Below, in pieces: positions 1 through 8,740 of a stretch of 41,879 nucleotides of DNA (within the stretch, counting starts at the first letter, position 1; each line of letters starts with the position of its first letter). The notes below the pieces were generated by a model, which was given only the letters and a program-made list of their open reading frames with translations, did not search any database and had not been told where the DNA came from. The stretch comes from Pseudomonadota bacterium (GTDB taxonomy: Bacteria > Pseudomonadota > Gammaproteobacteria > Pseudomonadales > UBA5518): assembly GCA_963204845.1 (NCBI GenBank), contig CAUJIL010000162.1, forward strand, positions 1 to 41,879, given 5' to 3'. The translations under genes were made by a program, and so were the position numbers.

Positions 1-357
1 CAGACCGGCCGGATCCCGACTCCGGCAGGCGTATCGAGCTCGCTCTCGATGGCGAAGTCGGAACGAACGACGGGCAGCGGCCTCGAGCCGGCGATCTACA
101 AGCGGGGCGAGGTCGAATTCAACCGCCGGTTCTTCGAGTTGAAGTTCTCCCCGTATTTCCGCGTGGTGTTGAGCGAGGCGGAGAAGAGCATGGTGATCGT
201 GGTGTCGACGCCGCGGCGGGAGTTCATCGCCACGCGAATCGCGCGGATCTCCTCGCTCGAGGTCCACCTCCAGCTCCAAGGGGGGGCGGGCGAGGTCGGG
301 GTGCCCTTCGGGGAGATCACCCAGGTCCAGCTTCGGCCGAAGGACGCGCGCGGATAA
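1..357 (+). CDS. Hypothetical protein, probably 5'-truncated by the window edge (track ORF 49..357)
   Basis: Frame 1 is open from nt 1 to TAA at 355-357. GC3 is high throughout, including nt 1-48. There is no Shine-Dalgarno sequence before ATG 49. I recognised no family motif. Confidence 0.5.
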   Translation, partial: QTGRIPTPAGVSSSLSMAKSERTTGSGLEPAIYKRGEVEFNRRFFELKFSPYFRVVLSEAEKSMVIVVSTPRREFIATRIARISSLEVHLQLQGGAGEVGVPFGEITQVQLRPKDARG

Positions 358-361
358 GGCA

Positions 362-549
362 ATGACCCGGCAGTTCAGCGATCTGGTGGCCAGCGAGCTC
401 TATTGCCCGCGCTGCCGGCAGGCGCGGCATCCTGGGGGACATGGGCGGCGGATCTGGCGGACCTCGCTGAATTCGAGCGCCGGGCCGCGGAGCCGGAACT
501 CGATGTGGACGCGTTGCTCGCTGAACTCGGGAGGCATGGAAACGGGTAG
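362..549 (+). other. Possible small ORF with an apparent frame break near 420-426 (frame 2, then frame 1, ending TAG 547-549)
   Basis: ATG 362 lies 4 nt after the upstream stop. Frame 2 reads MTRQFSDLVASELYCPRCRQ and then turns Arg/Ser/Gly-rich, which is an off-frame signature. Frame 1 from about 424 reads AASWGTWAADLADLAEFERRAAEPELDVDALLAELGRHGNG*, which looks protein-like. Confidence 0.2.
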
Positions 550-555
550 CACGCC

Positions 556-561
556 TATAAT
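556..561 (+). promoter_or_regulatory. Candidate -10 hexamer (perfect TATAAT) upstream of the ATP-grasp-like gene
   Basis: A perfect TATAAT in a roughly 70% GC background, 32 nt upstream of ATG 593. No good -35 element and no clear SD sequence before 593. Confidence 0.3.
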
Positions 562-592
562 CGCCCCCGCCACCCGACACGCACGCTGCGCA

Positions 593-1873
593 ATGCCCGA
601 TCCGCTGAACGCGAACTGTCACTGCATCTCGCTCGATGGCGCGGCGCTGGAGCGTCAGTTCCGCGAGGCCATGCTGCGCGAGGGCAGCCTGCCGGAGTTC
701 CTGGTCGGTCGTGAGCATCTGTTCGCGCCCTACCCCGTGTTCGCGAACCAGGCGCAGTGGAACGCGATGCGCGCGGTGGTCGCGGCGGCGCACGAGGTGA
801 TGGCCCTGCCGGCGTTCCAGCACGAGGCGCTCGCCGGCGCGCCGTGGCCGGACCAGCACACGCTGAGCGCGATGATGGCCTTCGATTTCCATCCCGAGCC
901 GGTCGGCGCGAAGCTGATCGAGATCAACACCAACGCCGGCGGTGCGTACCTCGCGGCGCTGCTCGCCGAGAGCCAGCGCGACGCCTGTGCCGAGATGGGG
1001 CCGGCACTGGCGATGCCGACCAGCGGACGCGAGGCGCCCGCCCGGTGGCTGGATGACTTCCTGAACGAGTGGCGCCTGGCGCGTGGGGAACGAGCCTTGC
1101 GCAGCGTGCGTATCGTCGACGACCGCCCCGCCGAACAGTTCCTGTACCCGGAGTTCCTGCTGTTCCGTGCGCTGTTCCGCCGTGCCGGGATCGACTGCGG
1201 GATCACCGATCCGGCGGAACTGGTGTACGCCGGGGGCACGCTGTGCCACGGCGCGCAGGCGGTCGACCTGGTCTACAACCGCTGCACCGATTTCACGCTG
1301 CACGAGGCGCCGCACACCGCGCTGCGCGAAGCGTACCTGGCCGACGCGGTGGTGCTGACACCTTCGCCACGGCACCACGCGCTGTATGCCGACAAGCGGC
1401 GGCTGGTGCGGCTGTCGGATGCGGATTTCCTCGCACGCATCGGCGCACCGGCGGCGGCGCGGCGCGTGCTCGCGGCGCACGTGCCGCCGGCACGTCTGGT
1501 GACGACGGAGGATGCCGATGCGCTGTGGAATGCGCGCCGGCAGTATTTCTTCAAGCCCTTCGCGGGCTACGCGAGCCGCGGAGCCTACCGTGGCGAGGGT
1601 CTGACGCGTCGCGTATGGGCCGGGATCGTCGCCTCCGGGGAATACATCGCGCAGGCCTATGCACCCCCGCCGACGCGCCGCGCGACGCCGGGCGATGACG
1701 CGCCACAGCTGAAGTTCGACCTGCGTTGCGTGAGCTACGGCGCGGCGGTCCGTCTGCTGAGCGCCCGCCTCTACCAGGGGCAGACAACCAACCTGCGCAC
1801 CGTCGCGGGCGGGCTGGCCTCGGTGTTCGTGCTGGCCGACGGTGCGGATGCGCCGCGTGTCCTGACTCAGTAG
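593..1873 (+). CDS. ATP-grasp-like (glutathionylspermidine-synthase / circularly permuted ATP-grasp type) amide ligase, hypothetical
   Basis: Part of track ORF 362..1873. The motif MAFDFHPEPVGAKLIEINTNAGGAY resembles the RFDF...LLE.N...P.G core of GspS/CP-ATP-grasp ligases. Composition upstream of ATG 593 is off-frame-like. The start is uncertain: 362, 536 or 593. Confidence 0.55.
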   Translation: MPDPLNANCHCISLDGAALERQFREAMLREGSLPEFLVGREHLFAPYPVFANQAQWNAMRAVVAAAHEVMALPAFQHEALAGAPWPDQHTLSAMMAFDFHPEPVGAKLIEINTNAGGAYLAALLAESQRDACAEMGPALAMPTSGREAPARWLDDFLNEWRLARGERALRSVRIVDDRPAEQFLYPEFLLFRALFRRAGIDCGITDPAELVYAGGTLCHGAQAVDLVYNRCTDFTLHEAPHTALREAYLADAVVLTPSPRHHALYADKRRLVRLSDADFLARIGAPAAARRVLAAHVPPARLVTTEDADALWNARRQYFFKPFAGYASRGAYRGEGLTRRVWAGIVASGEYIAQAYAPPPTRRATPGDDAPQLKFDLRCVSYGAAVRLLSARLYQGQTTNLRTVAGGLASVFVLADGADAPRVLTQ

Positions 1874-2451
1874 GCCGCGGGATCACGCTCCTCGGCGAAC
1901 CAGACCACCGCGTAGTGGTCGCCGATGGCCGCGCCGAGCGCGCGCCACGTGTTGTCCGCCCAACGCCCGGTGTTCAGCAGCATCGCGTGGTGTGCCGGGC
2001 TCTCCTGCCAGATCTGCAGCGCGCGCGCGGGCGTGATCGGGTCCGTGTAGTGCGCGACGATCTCGTAGCCCGGTGCGGTGTAGACGCCACGCGTGATCTC
2101 GCGCGGCTTGTTCCACATGCACTCGGCTGCCGCGTGATCGGGTGTGTAACAGCACCCCGACCACGCGCCCGCCGTGCTCCACGAATGCATGTTGCATTGG
2201 CCGCCGCGCCGGTAGCGACGCTCGAGGTCGTCGAGGTGCGCCCGCGCTACCGCCATCAGCGACGGCGAGATCTCGATGCGTGGCAGCCGCCGGGCGGCCC
2301 GGTACGCGTTCACGGTGTCGGCGAAACCGTGCTGCCGATCCGCCGGCGGCGGCTCCGCGCCGCCGCTCGCCCGCGGGAGTGCGGCGCAGGACAGCAACAG
2401 CGACGAGGCGATCACGAGCGTGATCAGGCGACGGAGGGCGGAGCTTCGCAT
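1867..2451 (-). CDS. CAP/SCP (PR-1-like) domain lipoprotein
   Basis: Internal start gives MRSSALRRLITLVIASSLLLSC, a signal peptide with a lipobox. The C-terminal region has the CAP-like pattern (...YRAARRLP...LMAVARAHLDDL...GYEIVA...HHAMLLN...). It overlaps the convergent ATP-grasp 3' end by 7 nt. Confidence 0.8.
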   Translation of the reverse strand: MRSSALRRLITLVIASSLLLSCAALPRASGGAEPPPADRQHGFADTVNAYRAARRLPRIEISPSLMAVARAHLDDLERRYRRGGQCNMHSWSTAGAWSGCCYTPDHAAAECMWNKPREITRGVYTAPGYEIVAHYTDPITPARALQIWQESPAHHAMLLNTGRWADNTWRALGAAIGDHYAVVWFAEERDPAAY

Positions 2452-2527
2452 GACACTTCGGCAACTTGCTTTAACGATGAACGCTGACCACTCTAGCGCG
2501 ACCTTCCACGCTCCGGGAGACACGCCG

Positions 2528-4525
2528 TTGCCATTCCTTGCCCGCCACCTGCTTGCCGTGACGCTGTTCGCATCGCTGTGCGCCTGCCAGCGCGACGTGC
2601 CCGCGGAATTCCCGCCCGGTGCCGAAGCCGGGTGGCCCGCCTACGGCGCGGCGCCCGGCGGCGGGCACTACTCCGCTGCCACGCAGATCACGCGCGAGAA
2701 CGTGCACCTGCTGCGCCCGGCGTGGGTCTACCGCAGCGGCGATCTGCGCATGCCGCGCCCGGCGAATCCGGAGGCCGGAGATCCCATGGGCGTGCGCGCG
2801 AGCAGCTGGCAGCTCACCCCGATCCTGGTCGACGACACGCTGTACGGCTGCACCGCGTTCAACAAGGTGTTCGCGCTCGATCCCGCGACCGGCAAGGAGA
2901 AATGGCGTTACGATCCGGGCGTCGATACCGACCGCGAGGTGATGGTCAACTGCCGTGGCGTCAGCAGTTGGCAGGACCCGAACCCGCGCGGCGCCGCCTG
3001 CGAGCACCGCATCCTGACCGGTACGCTCGATGGCCGCCTGATCGCGCTCGATGCGCGCGACGGCACGCCGTGCCGTGATTTCGGCGAGCAGGGCCAGGTC
3101 GATCTGCACGCCGGGCTGGGGCAGTTCGAGGAATACGAGTATTCGGTCACCTCGCCGCCGGCGATCCTCGGTGATCGCGTGATCACCGGCGCGCTGGTGC
3201 TCGACCGTACGCACAACCACATGCCGAGCGGCGTGGTGCGCGCCTACGATGTGCGCAGCGGCCGGCTGCTGTGGTACTGGGACCCGATCCCTCCCGGCGC
3301 CAGCCACGCCGTCGACGAGGCGGGCCGGCCGCAATACCGCCGCGGCACACCGAACGTCTGGTCGATCATTTCGGTCGACGCCGCGCGTGATCTGGTGTTC
3401 CTGCCGACCGGCAACACCTCGACCGATTTCTACGGCGGTCTGCGCGACGGCAGTGACCACTACTCGAGCTCGGTGGTGGCGCTGCGCGGCACGACCGGCG
3501 AGCTGGTCTGGCACTTCCAGGCCGTGCACCACGACATCTGGGATTTCGACACCCCGGCGCAGCCGACGCTGTTCGAGCTGCGCCGTGACGGCCAGAGCAT
3601 TCCCGCGCTGGCGCAGCCGACCAAGATGGGCCACCTGTTCATCCTGCACCGCGAGACCGGCGAGCCGTTGTTCCCGGTCGAGGAGCGCCCGGTGCCGCAG
3701 GACTGGGAAGTCCCCGGCGAATACCTGGCGCCGACCCAGCCGTTCCCGGTCAGGCCGGCGCCGCTGCATCCGCACCGGCTGGCCGCCGAGGACGCGTGGG
3801 GCTTCACCTTCTGGGATCGCGGGGCGTGCCGCAAGAAGATCGCGAGCCTGCGCAACGAGGGGATTTTCACGCCGCCCTCGCTGGACGGCACGCTGTTCTT
3901 CCCCAGCGACATGGGCGGCAACAACTGGGGCACGCCGGCGATCGATCCGGAACGTGGCCTGTTGATCCTGAACACCCTGTTCATGCCGGCCGAGCTGAAG
4001 CTGGTTGCGCGCGAGCGTTGCGACATGGCGTCCGGCGATCCGTACCTGACGCCGCAGCACGAGACGCCGTACTGCCTGCGCATCGAGCCGCTGATGTCAC
4101 CGCTCGGCGTGCCGTGCAGCGCGCCGCCGTGGGGAACGCTGGCCGCGATCGACCTCGCGAGCGGCGAGAAGCGCTGGGAGGTGCCGCTGGGTACGCTCGA
4201 GCACATGGCGCCGTGGCCGTTCTCGCGCCTGCGCGGGGCGCCGAACATCGGTGGACCCAGCGTCACCGCCAGTGGACTGACGTTCATCGCGGCGACCCCC
4301 GATCGCTACCTGCGTGCCTTCGACAGCGAAACCGGCGAGGAGCTCTGGAAGGGCGAACTGCCGGCCGGCGGCCACGCGACGCCGATGATCTACAAGCGTC
4401 CCGGCGATGGGCGTCAGTTCGTGGTGATCACGGCGGCCGGGCATTTCGGCATGCCCGATCTCGCGTTCAGCGACCAGTTGGTCGCCTTCGCGCTGCCCGA
4501 GGCGCACCCGCGCGATCCGCGTTAA
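2528..4525 (+). CDS. PQQ-dependent (quinoprotein) sugar/alcohol dehydrogenase, lipoprotein form
   Basis: Track ORF 2276..4525. Repeated PQQ beta-propeller motifs are present (ALDPATGKEKWRYDP, ALDARDG, AFDSETGEELWK). The preferred start is TTG 2528, preceded by GGGAGA at 2515-2520 with a 7-nt spacer. That start gives MPFLARHLLAVTLFASLCAC, a lipoprotein signal. ATG 2450 and ATG 2477 are alternatives. Confidence 0.85.
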   Translation: MPFLARHLLAVTLFASLCACQRDVPAEFPPGAEAGWPAYGAAPGGGHYSAATQITRENVHLLRPAWVYRSGDLRMPRPANPEAGDPMGVRASSWQLTPILVDDTLYGCTAFNKVFALDPATGKEKWRYDPGVDTDREVMVNCRGVSSWQDPNPRGAACEHRILTGTLDGRLIALDARDGTPCRDFGEQGQVDLHAGLGQFEEYEYSVTSPPAILGDRVITGALVLDRTHNHMPSGVVRAYDVRSGRLLWYWDPIPPGASHAVDEAGRPQYRRGTPNVWSIISVDAARDLVFLPTGNTSTDFYGGLRDGSDHYSSSVVALRGTTGELVWHFQAVHHDIWDFDTPAQPTLFELRRDGQSIPALAQPTKMGHLFILHRETGEPLFPVEERPVPQDWEVPGEYLAPTQPFPVRPAPLHPHRLAAEDAWGFTFWDRGACRKKIASLRNEGIFTPPSLDGTLFFPSDMGGNNWGTPAIDPERGLLILNTLFMPAELKLVARERCDMASGDPYLTPQHETPYCLRIEPLMSPLGVPCSAPPWGTLAAIDLASGEKRWEVPLGTLEHMAPWPFSRLRGAPNIGGPSVTASGLTFIAATPDRYLRAFDSETGEELWKGELPAGGHATPMIYKRPGDGRQFVVITAAGHFGMPDLAFSDQLVAFALPEAHPRDPR

Positions 4526-4562
4526 CATGCGGGTCGACGATGCGGTAACGGAGCAGGCGGGA

Positions 4563-5636
4563 ATGACCGGCAACACCAACGAAAAATCGCGCGGACTCGT
4601 GTATCCATGGGGTACGCAGGCCGCGCCCGCCGAGCCGTTCCAGGTCGCCGACGGCGTCTGGTGGCTGCGCTTCCCGATGCCCGGCGCGCTCGACCACATC
4701 AACCTGTGGTTGCTCGAGGATCGCGACGGGTGGACGGTCGTCGATACCTGTCTCGATGTGCCCGAGGCGCGCCAGCGCTGGGAGGCGCTGTTCGACGGCT
4801 TCATGCGCGGCAAGCCGCTGCGGCGGGTGATCTGCACGCACCTGCACCCGGACCACATCGGGCTGGCCGGCTGGCTGACGCGGCGCTTCGACTGTGATCT
4901 GTGGGTGTCGCGCGAAGAGTTCCTGATGTGCCACACGCTGGCCGACTACACCGGCCAGCCGGCCCCCGAGGTCGCGATCCGTTTCTACCGCGCCGCCGGC
5001 TACGACGAGCAGATGCTCGACACCTACCGCTCGCGCTTCGGCAGTTTCGGCCGTCATATCTCCGCGCTGCCCGACAGCTTCCGGCGTCTGGTCGACGGCG
5101 AGACGATCGAGATCAACGACCGCTACTGGCAGGTCATCGTCGGCAGCGGGCATTCGCCCGAACACGTTTCGCTGTACTGTCCGGCGCTGAAGTTGCTGAT
5201 CGCCGGCGATCAGGTGCTGCCGCGCATCACGCCGAACGTCAGCGTGTTTCCTACCGAGCCGAAGGGCGACCCGCTGAAGGAGTGGCTCAATTCCTGCGAA
5301 CACATCCGCGCGCGCCTGCCCGACAACGTGCTGGTGCTGCCCGCGCACCAGGCGCCGTTCCTCGGACTGCACGTGCGACTCACGCAGATCATCGAATCGC
5401 ACGAGCGCGCGCTGGTCACGCTGTTCGACGCGCTGGCCGAGCGGCGGCGCGCGATCGACTGCTCGCGGGTGATCTTCCGTCGCGAGCTGGCGAGCGAAAT
5501 GCTGGTGATGGCCACCGGCGAGACGCTCGCGCACCTCAACTGCCTCGTAGGCCGACGCATGGTGCGCCGCGAGCGCGATGCCGACGGCGTCGACTGGTAC
5601 GTACAGAAACCGGACACGGTGGATTTCGCCCTCTGA
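4563..5636 (+). CDS. MBL-fold metallo-hydrolase
   Basis: HxHxDH motif (CTHLHPDHIGLAGW) plus later SGHSPEH. ATG 4563 follows GGCGGGA. ATG 4527 is an alternative start. Confidence 0.85.
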   Translation: MTGNTNEKSRGLVYPWGTQAAPAEPFQVADGVWWLRFPMPGALDHINLWLLEDRDGWTVVDTCLDVPEARQRWEALFDGFMRGKPLRRVICTHLHPDHIGLAGWLTRRFDCDLWVSREEFLMCHTLADYTGQPAPEVAIRFYRAAGYDEQMLDTYRSRFGSFGRHISALPDSFRRLVDGETIEINDRYWQVIVGSGHSPEHVSLYCPALKLLIAGDQVLPRITPNVSVFPTEPKGDPLKEWLNSCEHIRARLPDNVLVLPAHQAPFLGLHVRLTQIIESHERALVTLFDALAERRRAIDCSRVIFRRELASEMLVMATGETLAHLNCLVGRRMVRRERDADGVDWYVQKPDTVDFAL

Positions 5637-5656
5637 CCCCAACAAGGAGAACGCTC

Positions 5657-6025
5657 ATGCTCAGCTACGTGACCCTGGGAACCAACGACCTCGACCGCGC
5701 CACCGCGTTCTACGACGCGCTGCTCGCCGAACTGGGCGCCACGCGCATCATGAAGAGCGACCGCATGTCGATCTGGACCACCCAGCTGGGCGCTCCGATG
5801 CTCGCGGTCTGCACGCCGTACGACGGCAAGGCCGCCACGGTGGGCAACGGCACGATGGTCGCGCTCGCCGCCGGTGACCGCGACACCGTGGGGCGCATGC
5901 ACGCCAAGGCGCTGGCGTTGGGCGGCAGCGACGAGGGCGCCCCCGGCCCGCGCAGCGACGGGTTCTACGGCGGCTATTTCCGCGATCCCGACGGCAACAA
6001 GCTGGTTGCCTGCGTGGTTGGCTGA
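5657..6025 (+). CDS. VOC family protein (glyoxalase/bleomycin-resistance fold)
   Basis: This is the last 122 aa of track ORF 4901..6025. AAGGAGA at 5644-5650 precedes ATG 5657. MLSYVTLGTNDLDRATAFYD...GYFRDPDGNKL is a typical VOC pattern. Confidence 0.85.
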   Translation: MLSYVTLGTNDLDRATAFYDALLAELGATRIMKSDRMSIWTTQLGAPMLAVCTPYDGKAATVGNGTMVALAAGDRDTVGRMHAKALALGGSDEGAPGPRSDGFYGGYFRDPDGNKLVACVVG

Positions 6026-6055
6026 TCAGCGATCGACTGCCGGAGGGCCGCCGGG

Positions 6056-6637
6056 ATGGAGATACTGGTGCTTGGACTGCTGTTGTTCCTGGGAACGCAT
6101 TCGGTGCGCATCGTCGCTGACGGCTGGCGCACGCGCATGGTCCAGCGGCTGGGCGCAACCGGGTGGAAAGCGGCGTACTCGCTGTTCGCGCTGGCCGGGC
6201 TGGTGCTGATCGTGACCGGTTACGGCGCGGCGCGTGAACAGAACCTGGTGCTGTTCGAGGCGCCGCGCTGGACCGGCCCGCTCGCCACCTTGCTGATGTT
6301 GCCGGCGCTCGCGGTCGCGGCCGCGGCTTACGTGCCGGGCACGCGCATCAAGGCCGCGATCGGCCACCCGCTGGTCGCGGCGACCAAGCTGTGGGCCGCC
6401 GGACACCTGCTCGCCAACGGTGGTCTGGCCGACGTGGTGCTGTTCGGCGCCTTCCTGGTCTGGGCCGGGATGGATTTCAGCTCGCTGCGCCGGCGCGACC
6501 GCGCGGACGGTACGCGCTATCCGGCTGGCCCGCTGTGGCGCGACGGCGTGGCGGTCGCGATCGGCGCGGCGCTCTGGGTCGCGATGCTGGCCGGTGGCCA
6601 CGGCTGGCTCACCGGCGTAAAGCTGCTGGGCACGTAG
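6056..6637 (+). CDS. NnrU family membrane protein
   Basis: 193 aa and polytopic. The MEILVLGLLLFLGTHS start and the ...HPLVAATKLWAAGHLLANG motif are characteristic of NnrU. Confidence 0.8.
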   Translation: MEILVLGLLLFLGTHSVRIVADGWRTRMVQRLGATGWKAAYSLFALAGLVLIVTGYGAAREQNLVLFEAPRWTGPLATLLMLPALAVAAAAYVPGTRIKAAIGHPLVAATKLWAAGHLLANGGLADVVLFGAFLVWAGMDFSSLRRRDRADGTRYPAGPLWRDGVAVAIGAALWVAMLAGGHGWLTGVKLLGT

Positions 6638-6747
6638 GTCCGGGTACGCGGGCATTCGTTCGACCGTAGGTCCGGGCTGCGCCCGGACATTCGTTCGGCC
6701 ACAGGCCGAACCTACGCGGACACGGTAGGCCACAGGCAGAACCTACG
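6633..6747. repeat. Cluster of REP-like palindromic units (CGTAGGTCCGG...CCGAACCTACG family)
   Basis: Units: CGTAGGTCCGGGTACGCGGGCATTCGTTCG, then CGTAGGTCCGGGCTGCGCCCGGACATTCGTTCGGCCACAGGCCGAACCTACG, then GGTAGGCCACAGGCAGAACCTACG. They contain nested hairpins and lie between convergent genes. A related copy sits at 32315-32397. Confidence 0.7.
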
Positions 6748-7984
6748 TGCGGGTGGCGCGCACCCACTCGATGAAGCGCTGTACGCCGTCGACCGCCTGT
6801 TCGGCGCGCGGCGAGTGCATGATCTCGAAGGCGTGCTCGGCGCCGGTGAACTCCACGTAGGCTACCGGTTCGCGCGCGACCTCGCGCAGGCGCTGCACGA
6901 ACAGCCGCGCATCGGCGACCGGAGCGAGGCTGTCGCAGGAACCGTGCAGCACCATGAACGGCGGCGCGTCGGGGTGGACCTGGCTCACCGGCGAGGCGAG
7001 TTCCCAGCGCTCGCGGTTCTCCTCGGGCGAGGCGTGCAGCACGCGGTCGCCGAGGAACGCGAAGAAGTTGCGCGTCTCGGGTCGGGCGCCCGAGCGGTTC
7101 AGCATGTCGTAGACGCCGTAGAACGGCACACAGGCCTGTACCGAGGTGTCCACGCCCTCGTGCCCGGGCTGCAGCTCGTCACGGTTGGCGGTCAGTCCCA
7201 TCAGTGCGCACAGGTGCCCGCCGGCGGACCCACCGGTCACGGCGACGAACGAGGGATCCATGCCGTATTCGCGGCCGTGGGTGCGGATCCACGCCAGCGC
7301 GGCCTTGCAGTCGTGCAGATGGGTCGGGAAACCGACGCTGGGACTCAGGCGGTAGTTGGCGGCCACGCAGATCCAGCCGCTGGCGGCCAGCTGGTACATC
7401 AGTGGCAGCGCCTGCTCCTCCTTGTTGCCGATGATCCAGCCGCCACCGTGGATCTGCAGCACCACCGGGCAGCCCTGCGGCGGAATCACGCGCGGGCGGT
7501 AGATGTCGAGCCGCTGGCGGATGCCTCCGTTGGCGTACGCGATGTTGCGGATCACCTCGACGTCGGGGCGCGCCATGCGGAACGGCCGGCACCAGTCGCG
7601 AAAACCGACCGCACCACGCAGCCGGGCTGCCGCCGTGGCCGGAATCCGGCTACGGTAATCCGAGCCCAGTGCTTCGGTAAGCGCTTCCTCGACCGTGGCC
7701 CCGCTCTGCAGACCGAGCCGCAGGTTGTGCAGCAGACCGGGCCACGCCAGCAGCAGCACGATCAACCCGATCCAGCCGAGCGTCGAATCGAGCGCTCCGC
7801 CCGCCACGCAGATCAGAGCGAGCACGGCCTGCAGCGGCAGCCAGAACCACGCCAGTTCGGTGGCCAGCAACGCGAAGCCGAACACGAACCACGGCAGCAT
7901 GTTGTCCGGGAACGAGCGTGGTGCAAAGACGGTCAGCAGCGCGAGCACGTTGCACAGCGCGAGCACGGCAAGCAGGGTATCCAT
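6743..7984 (-). CDS. Membrane-anchored alpha/beta hydrolase (HSL / family IV esterase type)
   Basis: The N-terminal ~90 aa form 3-4 hydrophobic helices. The esterase domain carries HGGGW (oxyanion hole), GGSAGG (GxSxG nucleophile elbow), and later HGSCDS and AEHAFE. Confidence 0.85.
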   Translation of the reverse strand: MDTLLAVLALCNVLALLTVFAPRSFPDNMLPWFVFGFALLATELAWFWLPLQAVLALICVAGGALDSTLGWIGLIVLLLAWPGLLHNLRLGLQSGATVEEALTEALGSDYRSRIPATAAARLRGAVGFRDWCRPFRMARPDVEVIRNIAYANGGIRQRLDIYRPRVIPPQGCPVVLQIHGGGWIIGNKEEQALPLMYQLAASGWICVAANYRLSPSVGFPTHLHDCKAALAWIRTHGREYGMDPSFVAVTGGSAGGHLCALMGLTANRDELQPGHEGVDTSVQACVPFYGVYDMLNRSGARPETRNFFAFLGDRVLHASPEENRERWELASPVSQVHPDAPPFMVLHGSCDSLAPVADARLFVQRLREVAREPVAYVEFTGAEHAFEIMHSPRAEQAVDGVQRFIEWVRATRT

Positions 7985-8073
7985 CGGCAGCTTCCTGGGC
8001 GTGAAACGGGAGGTGTGGGTCGCGGCCGATCATAGCAGACGCCTGTTGCGCGCATCGCGCGCGGCGCGTCGCC

Positions 8074-8430
8074 TCAGTCGGCGTTGCGTTCGACGCGGCG
8101 CCGGTAGCGGTCGCGCTCGCTCTCGCTCATGCTGCGCCAGCGCTGGCGCAGTTCCTCGCGCTGCTGCGGACTCATGCTCCGGTAGCGGTCCTCGGCCTCG
8201 CGTACGCGCTGTTGCTGCTCGCGTGGCAGCGAGCGGAATCCCTGCTCGCGCCGCTCCAGGCGTGCCCGGTCCTCCTGGCCGCGCCCTCCGCGTTCGCCTC
8301 GTTCGCCGCGTTCGCCTCGTTCGTCGCGTTCGCCGTGGCGCGGTCCGGCGGCGACCGATGTCGTCGCGATTGTCGCCAGCGCCAGTACGGTAGTGCGGAG
8401 CAGGGTGCGGCGCGAGCGAAGTTCAGTCAT
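8074..8430 (-). CDS. DUF3106-like secreted Arg/Glu-rich protein
   Basis: Signal-like N-terminus, followed by repeated ...QQR.R....RYRSMSPQQREELRQRWRSMSESERDRYRRR. It overlaps the upstream gene by 8 nt. Confidence 0.7.
   Translation of the reverse strand: MTELRSRRTLLRTTVLALATIATTSVAAGPRHGERDERGERGERGERGGRGQEDRARLERREQGFRSLPREQQQRVREAEDRYRSMSPQQREELRQRWRSMSESERDRYRRRVERNAD
8291..8335. repeat. Five tandem copies of a 9-bp unit (CGTTCGCCN) inside the DUF3106-like gene
   Basis: Read directly: cgttcgcct cgttcgccg cgttcgcct cgttcgtcg cgttcgccg. On the minus strand this encodes GERDERGERGERGERG. Confidence 0.9.
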
Positions 8431-8740
8431 GACTCCCCATCTCCGACTCCGCCAGCCACAGATAGAAGTCGAGGTTCTCGTAGAACGCCGGGTCCGCGGG
8501 CAGCGGCATGCCGTGCTCCGGCTGCAGCCAGCCGTGCTGTCCGGGCAGCAGCACGGCCACCGCCAGCACGGTTACCAGCGCCACGCCACCGAGGGCCGGT
8601 CCGTGCCGGCGCCACCACGGCAGGCGTGCGGCGGCGAGCGCACGCTGCCGTGCTGCGCCGATGCGGGCCAGCGTCGTGGCGTCGAGTCCGTTTTCCTGTC
8701 GGCGCAGCAGTGCGCGCCAGTTCCGTTCCAACCCGTTCAT
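8423..8740 (-). CDS. DUF3619-like single-pass membrane protein (putative anti-sigma factor)
   Basis: This is the last 105 aa of track ORF 8423..9115 (MNGLERNWRALLRRQ...). It has one TM helix (ALGGVALVTVLAVAVLL). Its start overlaps the sigma-factor stop as ATGA. Confidence 0.65.
   Translation of the reverse strand: MNGLERNWRALLRRQENGLDATTLARIGAARQRALAAARLPWWRRHGPALGGVALVTVLAVAVLLPGQHGWLQPEHGMPLPADPAFYENLDFYLWLAESEMGSHD

Noticed and set aside
280-286. A G7 homopolymer inside the first ORF as a possible phase-variation tract.
   Set aside because: It reads through in frame as Q-G-G-A. Runs of this length are unremarkable at this GC content, and I see nothing suggesting an alternative frame around it.
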